Below the pieces are notes generated by a model. That model was not told where the DNA came from, ran no database searches, and saw only the letters and a program-made list of their open reading frames with translations. A DNA stretch of 32,000 nt from contig NC_003272.1 in assembly GCF_000009705.1 (NCBI RefSeq), forward strand, positions 3,180,001 through 3,212,000, given 5' to 3'. The position numbers and the translations under genes are program-made. Positions 9,801 through 17,919 of the stretch are shown here, piece after piece. The stretch's first letter is position 1; each line of letters starts with the position of its first letter. The stretch is from Nostoc sp. PCC 7120 = FACHB-418. Lineage in GTDB: Bacteria > Cyanobacteriota > Cyanobacteriia > Cyanobacteriales > Nostocaceae.

Positions 9801-10151
9801 GCGCTGTTTTTGTAGCAGCAGAACTTTTAAAGCTTCCTGTTGTTGCTGAACTGAAACATCACTCCAATCAAGATGATTAATCTGACATTTTACTTGCTTC
9901 CCAACTACTTGTAGCGGCTTTTCTAAATTATCCCAAACAAAAGCTGTGCGTAAAACAGGATGACGATTGATTAAATCTTGCCAAGCAGCCTCAAAAGCCG
10001 CAATATTTAAATTACCATGTAACTCATAACTTACCTGTACCACATAAGCACCAGAGTTAGGCGCATACAGACTATGAAATAACATACCCTGCTGCAAAGA
10101 TGAGAGGGGATAAATATCCTCAATCATTTTTTGATTTAGAGTTGTATTCAT
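6891..10151 (-). CDS. NRPS module C(DCL-type)-A-T, predicted Gly-activating.
   Basis: 1086-aa ORF. Motifs: IYPLSSLQQGMLFHSL, SYHHLLLDGWS, LKAGAAYVPLDP, LTYLIYTSGSTGQPKGV, FDIAALELF, NLYGPTETTIW, GELYIGGAGVARGY, YKTGDRVRY, IKIRGFRIELGEIE, PLTPNGKIDRKAL, FFDLGGHSLLIV. Hand-extracted code DILQLGLIW(K) equals the published Gly code. The start ATG overlaps the upstream stop as ATGA at 10148-10151. Confidence 0.95.
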   Translation of the reverse strand: MNTTLNQKMIEDIYPLSSLQQGMLFHSLYAPNSGAYVVQVSYELHGNLNIAAFEAAWQDLINRHPVLRTAFVWDNLEKPLQVVGKQVKCQINHLDWSDVSVQQQQEALKVLLLQKQREQGFNLSQAPLMQMTLIQLKSEVYQFVWSYHHLLLDGWSVQVLLKEFIVIYQAYIQQQTPVLLNPRRYRDYIGWLQQQNLAEAETFWKQQLQGFVSPTQLNVGQNLDVRPDNLHSHYHEEKIQLSVELTSKLQTLAKQQQLTINTFVQGAWALLLSRYSGEKNVLFATVSAGRPSALNGADAMVGLFINTLPFRVLVSPEETLYQWLQKLQNQQVEIRQYEYSSLVDIHRWSQVSPSIPLFETLVVFENYPIEPALKQSLASLEIRNIQATEQTNYPLTLYAVVDSQLALRILYDSDRFHHTTITQILEQLETLLLGMTQGDCNLATLPFLSPTQQQQILIDWNATTQEIPQQCVHEIISQQAQQTPDATAVVFADKTLTYAELNAKSNQIAHYLLQLGIKPEARIGVYLERSSPLLIIALLGILKAGAAYVPLDPTFPPERLRFMMADAELKLLLTQTSLTSVITDKIATINLDELEEDISQQPIFDPQIKVTPEQLTYLIYTSGSTGQPKGVMIEGRSLVNILTDLKQRLSITPNDKLLAVTTIAFDIAALELFLPLIAGAQVVLPPQTALVDPRQLANCIEHHQITIMQATPATWRLLLASGWEGKQDLKILCGGEALENTLAQQLLSCSQEVWNLYGPTETTIWSAAQKLSIDEPVTIGHPIANTQFYILDEQLQPVPIGVPGELYIGGAGVARGYWKRPDLTAERFKGLGTGQRNYPTPYSLLPTPLYKTGDRVRYLRDGKLEYLGRLDYQIKIRGFRIELGEIEAVLAQHPAVEQAVVTLREDEPGEQRLVAYIVSHPEIIPTELRTFLGEKLPIYMMPSAFILLEKFPLTPNGKIDRKALPKSNNLPLTTTNNFIPPQTQIEQTLSDIWQQLLGREKISIHDNFFDLGGHSLLIVRMQGQLTLKLNQNIPLVDLFRYPTINSLAKYLTQNTPTSDKEIENRISQQQTGKQRLLQQRQTRLKT
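7608..7665. repeat. Composite heptamer arrays: GGGAGTA x4 (+GGGTA) at 7608-7640 and CCCAGT-CCCCAGT-CCC (STRR1-like) at 7650-7665. Both are in frame in the Gly A domain just upstream of core A7.
   Basis: Read directly. They encode GLGTGQRNYPTPYSLLPTP before LYKTGD. HIP1 is at 7587-7594. Confidence 0.9.
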
Positions 10152-13100
10152 TGCAAACCCTCCGGTGCAAAACTAATCATCCCCATCACCAAATCTAAAG
10201 TTTCTTGATTTAAATTTGCTAACTCAAAATCAGAAGGTGTGTAACCTCCCACATTAGGTAAACGACAGTGATTGATAATTGCTTGTAATCCTTGCTGAAA
10301 ATTATTTGCTAATTGTGAAATAGTTTCTTGTTGATACTGCTGCTGACTATATATCCAATCAAACTGTAATTTACCTTCGCGGACAAACCCAACAATTTCT
10401 ATAGCATAGCGTCGAGTTTGTTGTTTATCTTGGGTTGTAATTCCAGGTAAGGGTAGCCATTTCAATTTTCCATGTTCCAAACCTAAATCTAATTGTCCTA
10501 AATAATTAAAGCTGATTTCCGCTTGGGGTAAATCCCGCAACCTTTGACTCGCTTCACTATCATCAAGGTAGCGTAATATTCCATAACCAAATCCTTGATT
10601 GGGTACTGCTCGCAATTGTTCTTTAATACCCTTCAGCAATTCCCCCCAATCATCACTTTCCTTTGATAACAAACAGGGATAAATTGTTGTAAACCATCCC
10701 ACGGTCCGAGATATATCTATATCTTCCCCTGGAAAATTACGACCATAACCTTCTAAATCAAGCAACACCAAAGGATTATCTATCCAGGTTGAGATAGTAG
10801 CAGTTAAAGCCGTTAATAACACATCATTAATTTGTGTATTGTAGACCGGAGAAACTTCTGTAAGTAAAGCTTGAGTATCTTCCACAGAAAGTTTTATAGT
10901 CACAGTCTCAACATCAACCACCTGATTACCACCATCAGGATAATCAATTGGTAATCGTTTTACTTGTTGGTATTTATTGGATAACCAATATTCTAATTCA
11001 TCTTGTAGACATTCAGACCGAGCATAATCATATAACTTTTCCGCCCAAGTTAAAAACGAAGTAGTCTTAGCAGGTAAACTAATTGTCTGTTTCGCCAAAG
11101 CTTGTTGATAAGCCGTTTGAAAATCCGCCAACAAAATCCGCCAAGAAACCCCATCAACAACCAAATGATGAATAACAATTAATAACCTAGAAACCTCACC
11201 CAAATCAAAATGCACCACCCTTAATAAAGGAGCATAACCAATATTTAAACCAGCCTGTACTTCACCAGCAACCTCTTGAATAACTCTATCCTGCTCACTC
11301 CCAGACAAACCAGACAAATCACAAAAAACCAGAGGAACATCCCCACCCAACTCAACAACCTCTCCTATCTCTCTCTCTGCGCCTCTGCGCCTCTGCGTGA
11401 TAAAATTCTTCTCTCCAAATTGACACCGCAACATATCATGATGCAGCAATAACTTATTAATAACTGCAACCAAAACTTCCTGTTGTAACTTCTCCCCAGA
11501 CTCCAAAAACACCACCTGATTAAAATGATGCTGATTCACCAACTCCTGCTCAAAAAACCAACATTGAATCGGAGTCAACTGCACAGCACCAGTAACCATA
11601 CCCTGCGGTAGCAAAGAAGATTTATCAACAGTAAAAACTCCTGCAAGTTCGGCAATAGTTTGATATTGAAAAAGCTGCTTAGGCGTTAATTGTAATCCTA
11701 CTTGATTAGCCTTAGATATCAACTGAATCGCCAGAATTGAATCACCACCAAGCGCAAAGAAATTATCATAAATACTCACTTGGGACAAATTCAAAACTGA
11801 CGACCAAATTTCTAATAACTTAGCTTCTATATCAGAACGCGCTACAGTTCCATCTGGAAAACTTGTAATTTCTGGTGCTGGTAATTTCTGTCTATCTACC
11901 TTACCGTTAACTGTCAGAGGTAGAGTTTCTAAAGCAACAAAAAAGTGAGGAATTAAATAATCAGGAAGACGCTGCTGTAAAAATTCTCTGAGATTATCTG
12001 GTGTATTATCTAAAGCGATAAAGTAGGCTATGAGTTGTTTTTCACGAGCAATAACCACACATTCTTTTACTGCTGGATGCTGATTTAATACCGCTTCAAT
12101 CTCACCCAACTCAATGCGGAATCCCCGAATTTTTACTTGATTGTCTAATCTCCCTAAGTATTCAATATTACCATCTGCAAGGTAACGAGCGCGATCGCCT
12201 GTTTTATAGAGAGTGCTGAGTGTGGTAGTTCCCAGTCCCCAGTCCCCAGTCCCCAGTCCCCAATTAATAAATTTTTCGGCGGTTAAAGTTGGTTGATTTA
12301 AGTAACCCCGCGCTAGTCCGTCACCAGCAATATATAACTCACCGGGAACGCCTACAGGTAAGGGATTGAGGTGGTTATCGAGAATATAAACTTGAGTATT
12401 ATTGATAGGGCGACCGATGGGAACAGTGTTACTCTCACAGATATCGGTCACACTATAACAACAGGTAAAGGTAGTATTTTCAGTAGGGCCGTAACCATTA
12501 ATTACACGACATTCAGGATAGGTTTGCAGTAATTTATTAATATGAACCGCAGATAAAACATCACCACCAGCGATTAATTGTTTGACTGATTTCAAACTTT
12601 CAAGATGTTCATCTACCATCAGGTGAAATAAGCCTGCTGTTAACCACAGAGTAGTAATTTGATGTTGTGTAATAGCCTGTCCAATTTCTGCTAATGTGGG
12701 TTGTTGATTAGATAAAATTACTAAGCGACTACCATTTAATAATGCTCCCCAAATTTCAAATGTCGAAGCATCAAAAGATATTGGCGCGGCTTGGAGTATG
12801 CTTTCATCAGCACTTAAATTTATATAATTGCAATCTTTGACGAGTCGCACTACACCACGATGGGGTATACATACACCCTTGGGAACTCCTGTAGAACCAG
12901 AGGTGTACATGACGTAGGCGAGATTTTCCGGTGTGGTGTGGTTGACGGGGTTGGTTGTGGGGTGCTGTGTTAGGTTTGCTGTGTCTGTATCAAAACAGAA
13001 GATAGGTAAATCGGGTAATTGGGGGATGTGCTGCTGTTGGGTGAGTATTACCTGTATTTGAGCATCTTCAATTAGAAATTCTAGACGTTCTTGGGGGTAA

Positions 13101-16100
13101 GTTGGGTCTAAGGGAACATAGAAACCACCAGCTTTGAGGATTGCTAAAATACCAATGATAAAATCTAGGGAACGGTGAACGCAAATTCCTACAGCTATTT
13201 CTGGCTGAACTCCTAAAGATTTGAGATGATATGCAAGTTGATTAGCTTTGGTGTTTAGTTCTGAGTAAGTAAGTTTTTGATGTTGACAAATCACTGCAAT
13301 TTCATCACCAAATTTTGCAACTTGCTGCTCAAATAATTCTTGTATGCAATGAATGATGAGATTTGTTGGCGAAGTACCAAAATTGATGATTTGCTGAAGT
13401 TCTCCCCCACTCATTAAAGGTAAATCAGAAATTTTCTGACTAGGTTCAGAAGTCATTCCCAACAAAATATTCTGTAAATGTTCTGTAAAACGGTGAATCG
13501 TTGTTTCTGTAAATAAATCACAGTTATATTCCCATTTACCTTGTAAACCTGCATCTGTTTCCGCAATCATCAACGTAATGTCAAATTTTGCCGTACCGCC
13601 ATCAATTTCTAGGGGACTCCAACGTAAACCGGGAATTTCTATTGGCTGGGTAGGTGCATTTTCTACTGCCAGCATAACTTGAAATAAGGGTGAATGACTC
13701 AAAGAGCGAACTAATTTTAACTCTTCTACTACCTGCTCAAATGGTACATCTTGATGGCTGTACGCAGATAACACCATTTCTCGCACCCGTGGTAATAATT
13801 CCGCGACTGTGGGATTATCTTCTAGGGAAATTAACAGCGCGAAGGTATTCACAAAAAAGCCAATTAATCCCTCTGTTCCAGGATAATGACGATTGGCTAC
13901 AGGACTACCAATGACGATTTTTTCTTGTTGACTATAGCGATGCAACAGAATACTAAACGCCGAAAACATTACCATAAATAATGTAGTGTGCGTTTCCTGA
14001 CCGAGTTGTTTAATTTTCTCTGTTAATTCTTCAGATATTGTAAAACTATGTCGCTGACCTCGAAATGTTTGAATAGCTGGACGCGGATAATCTGTAGGTA
14101 AGTCTAATAGTTCTGGTGCTGACTCTAATTGTTGTCGCCAATATTCAACTTGATAGTTAAATTTATCACTTTGCGACCTTTGCCAAACAGCGAAATCAGC
14201 ATACTGAATTTTTAATGGTTGTAGAGGAGAAGATTGTCCTTGAGAAAAGGCTTGATATATAGTCGCCATTTCCTGCGCGAATACATTAATTGACCAACCA
14301 TCGGTAATAATGTGGTGCATGGTCAATAAGAGGATGTATTCCTGAGTATTTAAATATAAAAATTTGGCTCGTAAAAGTGGACTAATTTCTAAATTAAAAG
14401 GTTGTTGACTTTCCTCTTGCGCCAGTTCTTGGACAAGTTTTTGCTGTTGAGATGGGGGAAGAAAACTTAAATCTACAACCGGGATATGGGAATTGATTTC
14501 TGTTGCAATGACAGCTATCCCTTGACCATCGACATTGACAAAACTGGTACGCAAAATTTCATGACGGTGGATAATTTCTTGCAAACTTTGTGTCAGAACA
14601 TCAACATTGACATCACCAGTAAGTTGTAAAGCAGCAGCTACGTTGTATGATGGGTTTTCTGGTTCGATTTGCGCCAACATCCACAAACGTTGTTGAGCGA
14701 AGGAAAGCAATATTTTATCTGTACTTTCCCTCTCAGGAATTGAGCTATACAGAGATAATTTTGAAGAATTAATTAATGTTGCTAATTCAGCAATGGTAGG
14801 ATTTTCAAATATTTGTCGTAAAGAAATATCTACCCCAAACACCTGCTGAATTTGGGAAACCAGACGAATTACTAATAAAGAATGACCACCCAAAGCAAAG
14901 AAATTATCTGTAATTCCCACTGAATTTAAATTCAATATATTTTGCCAAATATTTAGCAATAATTCCTCTGTGGGTGTGCGTGGTGCAATTGTGTGTGATG
15001 ATGTTTTAAATTGTGGTTTTGGTAATGCACGACGGTCAACTTTACCATTAGGAGTGAGCGGTAGTGCATCTAAGGTGATAAATTGAGAAGGAATCATGTA
15101 ATCTGGCAGATTTTTTGCCAAATATTGCCGCAAATCTGTTATTTCTGGATTTTCTGAGACAATATAAGCCACTAACCGTTTATCACCAGTGGTATCTTCT
15201 GTCACAACTACAATAGCCGCTTGTACCTCTGAATGTTGGCTGAGTACGGTTTCTATCTCACCTAATTCAATCCGAAATCCACGAATTTTTACTTGGTTGT
15301 CTAATCTGCCTAAGTATTCTATTGTACCATCTCTTAGGTAGCGGGCGCGATCGCCTGTTTTGTATAGGGCATGGGGTATGGGGCATGGGGCATGGGGCAT
15401 TGGTGTAAGATAGCCTATGCTGCCCAAATCCGAATAACTAATAAATCTTTCTGCTGTTAATTCAGGGCGATTTAAGTAACCTCTGGCGACTCCCGCACCG
15501 CCAATGTAAAGTTCTCCTGGTACGCCGATGGGAACGGGTTGTAAATGCTGGTCAAGGATGTAAATGTGGGTGTTGGCGATAGGACGACCAATAGGTACGG
15601 TTTTTAAGTTAGTATGTTTTCGGCACTGCCAGAAAGTAACATCAATAGCTGCTTCTGTAGGGCCATAGAGGTTATATAATTCGCAGTCAAAACGCTCAAG
15701 AAATTGGTTTTGCAAATCTAAAGATAAGGCTTCACCACTACAAATTACTCTTTTAAGAGAGGTACATTTTTCTACATTACCGCTTTCTAAAAAGATTCGC
15801 AGCATGGAGGGTACAAAATGCAAAATAGTTATTTGCTCTTGAATAATTAGATTAATCAGATAAGCACTATCTCGATGTCCACCTGGTTTAGCAATTACTA
15901 AACGTGCGCCTGTTAATAAAGTCCAGAAGAATTCCCAGACAGATACATCAAAGCTAAAAGGTGTTTTTTGTAAAATGCTATCTGTAGAATTTATTTGATA
16001 AGTTTCTTGCATCCACAATAAGCGATTGCATATCCCTTGGTGGGTGTTCATTACACCTTTGGGTTTACCAGTAGAACCAGATGTGTAGATAACGTAAGCA

Positions 16101-17914
16101 AGATTATCTAGTTTTACTCCACTATCAGGATTAGTATTTGGTTGTCTGGAAATTTTATCCCATTCTGTATCTATACAAATCTTATGAGTTTGATTTTGAG
16201 GAATTTGAGCGAGTAATTGTTCCTGAGTTAAAAATACTTTAACCTGAGAATCTTCTAGCATATAAGCTATGCGTTCTTGGGGATATTCTGGATCAATGGG
16301 TACATAAGCACCCCCAGCTTTGATGATTCCCAACAAACAGACAGTCATTTCTAAAGAACGTTCTAAACAAATACCAACTAATATTTCCGGTTTTACCCCC
16401 AACTGCTGCAAATAATGAGCCAGTTGATTAGCTTTATTATTCAGTTCTCTATAAGTCAAACATTCCTCACCAAAAACCAACGCAATTGCATCAGGTGTTC
16501 TTTCCACCTGCGCCTCAAATAGCTGATGAATGCACTGATTTGGATATGCTTGTGTAGTTTGATTCCAATCTTTTAATATTAATTGCTTCTCCTGGGGCGT
16601 TAACATTGATAGTTGTGAAAGCCTTTGCTCAGGCTCATTCACCATTGACATCAGCAAAGTTTCTAAATGTCCTAAAAGACGCGAAATCGTTGCTGCATCA
16701 AAATAAGAGACATCATAACTAACCTTAAATAATAACTCCTCCCCAGGAATTACTGTTAATGTCAGAGGATAATTTGTTTTTTCAAATCCTTGGGTATCCT
16801 CAATTTGGAGAGTTTGATCAAAAGTTTTGATGACTGATTCTATCGACACTGGATAATTTTCAAATACCAGCAAACTCTCAAATAAAGATGTTCCACGGGG
16901 AACGGAACTCCAGCTTTGAATATCTACCAAGGAACTATAACTATATTGTTCTCTTTCTACCTGTTGAGCTTGCAATTGTTGCAGCCAAGGTATTATTTGC
17001 ATCTCTCCATTTACATCGACGCGCACAGGTAAAGTATTAATAAATAGACCAACTATGCTTTCTACTTGTGGTAATTCTGGAGGACGACCGGAAACAGTAG
17101 TACCAAACAATACATTATTCTCACCACTATAGCGGCTTAATAATAATGCCCAAGCCCCTTGTACTAAGATATTAAGGGTAAGACGATGCTGACGGACAAA
17201 GTTTTGTAGTTGTTCAGTTTGTTGACTGTTGACTTTTGACTGTTGACTGAAAATTGAGGATTGGTTATTTATTTTATTCCCCAAAACTGTTGGTGCTGTA
17301 AAATCTTGAAGCTGCTTACGCCAAAAACTTTCTGCTTGCTCTGGGTTTTGTTGCTGTAACCAGAGAATATAATTACCGTAGGGGATGGGTGATGGTAGAG
17401 TTACATCCTCACTTTGACAAAATGCTTTATATAGTGTGAAAACTTCTGTTAATAAAATCCCGTTACACCAACCATCCATGAGTAAATGATGGTGACTCCA
17501 GATAAATTGGTATTTATTGGCTTCTAAACGAATTACAGCACAACGCATCAGGGGAGGTTGCTGTAAATTGAAACCAGAATTACAGTCACATTCTAAAAAC
17601 TCAGTTAATTTAGCTTTTTGTACAGTAGCCTCTACACCACACCAATCTAATTCTTGCCAAGGTAATTCTACATAGTCATATACTACTTGCAATGGTTTTT
17701 CTAACTCTGAATAGTGAAAAGCAGTCCGCAAAACTGAATGACGCTCAACTACGCGCTGCCAAGCTTGACGAAAAGCTGGTAAATTCAAATTACCGCGAAT
17801 CAGACAACTACGCTGTTCAAAATATACGCCCGAATTGGGAGCGTACAAGGTATGAAATAACATTCCCGCCTGCATGGGAGAAAGTTCGTAGATGTCGATA
17901 ATACTGCTTTCCAC
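10148..17914 (-). CDS. Bimodular NRPS C(DCL)-A-T-C(LCL)-A-T-E, predicted Ser then Val (epimerised).
   Basis: 2588-aa ORF with a GTG start 5 nt after the upstream stop. Motifs: IYELSPMQAGMLFHTL, SHHHLLMDGWC, LAYVIYTSGSTGKPKGV, FFALGGHSLLVI, LSFAQQRLWMLAQIEP, MHHIITDGWS, LAYVMYTSGSTGVPKGV, FFALGGDSILAIQ (the GGDSI form typical of a carrier preceding an E domain), IHHLVVDGVSWRIL, GGYTPSDFELANL. Codes: DVWHISLID(K) ~ Ser and DAFWIGGTF(K) = Val. Confidence 0.95.
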   Translation of the reverse strand: MESSIIDIYELSPMQAGMLFHTLYAPNSGVYFEQRSCLIRGNLNLPAFRQAWQRVVERHSVLRTAFHYSELEKPLQVVYDYVELPWQELDWCGVEATVQKAKLTEFLECDCNSGFNLQQPPLMRCAVIRLEANKYQFIWSHHHLLMDGWCNGILLTEVFTLYKAFCQSEDVTLPSPIPYGNYILWLQQQNPEQAESFWRKQLQDFTAPTVLGNKINNQSSIFSQQSKVNSQQTEQLQNFVRQHRLTLNILVQGAWALLLSRYSGENNVLFGTTVSGRPPELPQVESIVGLFINTLPVRVDVNGEMQIIPWLQQLQAQQVEREQYSYSSLVDIQSWSSVPRGTSLFESLLVFENYPVSIESVIKTFDQTLQIEDTQGFEKTNYPLTLTVIPGEELLFKVSYDVSYFDAATISRLLGHLETLLMSMVNEPEQRLSQLSMLTPQEKQLILKDWNQTTQAYPNQCIHQLFEAQVERTPDAIALVFGEECLTYRELNNKANQLAHYLQQLGVKPEILVGICLERSLEMTVCLLGIIKAGGAYVPIDPEYPQERIAYMLEDSQVKVFLTQEQLLAQIPQNQTHKICIDTEWDKISRQPNTNPDSGVKLDNLAYVIYTSGSTGKPKGVMNTHQGICNRLLWMQETYQINSTDSILQKTPFSFDVSVWEFFWTLLTGARLVIAKPGGHRDSAYLINLIIQEQITILHFVPSMLRIFLESGNVEKCTSLKRVICSGEALSLDLQNQFLERFDCELYNLYGPTEAAIDVTFWQCRKHTNLKTVPIGRPIANTHIYILDQHLQPVPIGVPGELYIGGAGVARGYLNRPELTAERFISYSDLGSIGYLTPMPHAPCPIPHALYKTGDRARYLRDGTIEYLGRLDNQVKIRGFRIELGEIETVLSQHSEVQAAIVVVTEDTTGDKRLVAYIVSENPEITDLRQYLAKNLPDYMIPSQFITLDALPLTPNGKVDRRALPKPQFKTSSHTIAPRTPTEELLLNIWQNILNLNSVGITDNFFALGGHSLLVIRLVSQIQQVFGVDISLRQIFENPTIAELATLINSSKLSLYSSIPERESTDKILLSFAQQRLWMLAQIEPENPSYNVAAALQLTGDVNVDVLTQSLQEIIHRHEILRTSFVNVDGQGIAVIATEINSHIPVVDLSFLPPSQQQKLVQELAQEESQQPFNLEISPLLRAKFLYLNTQEYILLLTMHHIITDGWSINVFAQEMATIYQAFSQGQSSPLQPLKIQYADFAVWQRSQSDKFNYQVEYWRQQLESAPELLDLPTDYPRPAIQTFRGQRHSFTISEELTEKIKQLGQETHTTLFMVMFSAFSILLHRYSQQEKIVIGSPVANRHYPGTEGLIGFFVNTFALLISLEDNPTVAELLPRVREMVLSAYSHQDVPFEQVVEELKLVRSLSHSPLFQVMLAVENAPTQPIEIPGLRWSPLEIDGGTAKFDITLMIAETDAGLQGKWEYNCDLFTETTIHRFTEHLQNILLGMTSEPSQKISDLPLMSGGELQQIINFGTSPTNLIIHCIQELFEQQVAKFGDEIAVICQHQKLTYSELNTKANQLAYHLKSLGVQPEIAVGICVHRSLDFIIGILAILKAGGFYVPLDPTYPQERLEFLIEDAQIQVILTQQQHIPQLPDLPIFCFDTDTANLTQHPTTNPVNHTTPENLAYVMYTSGSTGVPKGVCIPHRGVVRLVKDCNYINLSADESILQAAPISFDASTFEIWGALLNGSRLVILSNQQPTLAEIGQAITQHQITTLWLTAGLFHLMVDEHLESLKSVKQLIAGGDVLSAVHINKLLQTYPECRVINGYGPTENTTFTCCYSVTDICESNTVPIGRPINNTQVYILDNHLNPLPVGVPGELYIAGDGLARGYLNQPTLTAEKFINWGLGTGDWGLGTTTLSTLYKTGDRARYLADGNIEYLGRLDNQVKIRGFRIELGEIEAVLNQHPAVKECVVIAREKQLIAYFIALDNTPDNLREFLQQRLPDYLIPHFFVALETLPLTVNGKVDRQKLPAPEITSFPDGTVARSDIEAKLLEIWSSVLNLSQVSIYDNFFALGGDSILAIQLISKANQVGLQLTPKQLFQYQTIAELAGVFTVDKSSLLPQGMVTGAVQLTPIQCWFFEQELVNQHHFNQVVFLESGEKLQQEVLVAVINKLLLHHDMLRCQFGEKNFITQRRRGAEREIGEVVELGGDVPLVFCDLSGLSGSEQDRVIQEVAGEVQAGLNIGYAPLLRVVHFDLGEVSRLLIVIHHLVVDGVSWRILLADFQTAYQQALAKQTISLPAKTTSFLTWAEKLYDYARSECLQDELEYWLSNKYQQVKRLPIDYPDGGNQVVDVETVTIKLSVEDTQALLTEVSPVYNTQINDVLLTALTATISTWIDNPLVLLDLEGYGRNFPGEDIDISRTVGWFTTIYPCLLSKESDDWGELLKGIKEQLRAVPNQGFGYGILRYLDDSEASQRLRDLPQAEISFNYLGQLDLGLEHGKLKWLPLPGITTQDKQQTRRYAIEIVGFVREGKLQFDWIYSQQQYQQETISQLANNFQQGLQAIINHCRLPNVGGYTPSDFELANLNQETLDLVMGMISFAPEGLQ
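11374..11397 (-). repeat. Octamer array TCTCTGCG-CCTCTGCG-CCTCTGCG (complement CGCAGAGG), 24 nt, in frame inside the E domain of the bimodular NRPS.
   Basis: Read directly. It encodes ..TQRRRGAERE.. Confidence 0.85.
12231..12262. repeat. Heptamer tandem array CCCCAGT (STRR1) ~4.5 units, in frame in the Val A domain upstream of core A7.
   Basis: Read directly. It encodes WGLGTGDWGLGT. HIP1 is at 12191-12198. Confidence 0.9.
15367..15401. repeat. Heptamer tandem array GGGCATG/GGGTATG x5, in frame in the Ser A domain upstream of core A7.
   Basis: Read directly. It encodes PMPHAPCPIPHA before LYKTGD. HIP1 is at 15347-15354. Confidence 0.9.
17221..17248. repeat. Heptamer tandem array GTTGACT x4 (one unit TTTGACT). 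The complement AGTCAAC is a cyclic permutation of STRR3 CAACAGT. It is in frame in the first C domain of the bimodular NRPS.
   Basis: Read directly. It encodes SQQSKVNSQQ. Confidence 0.9.
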
Positions 17915-17919
17915 TCTCG

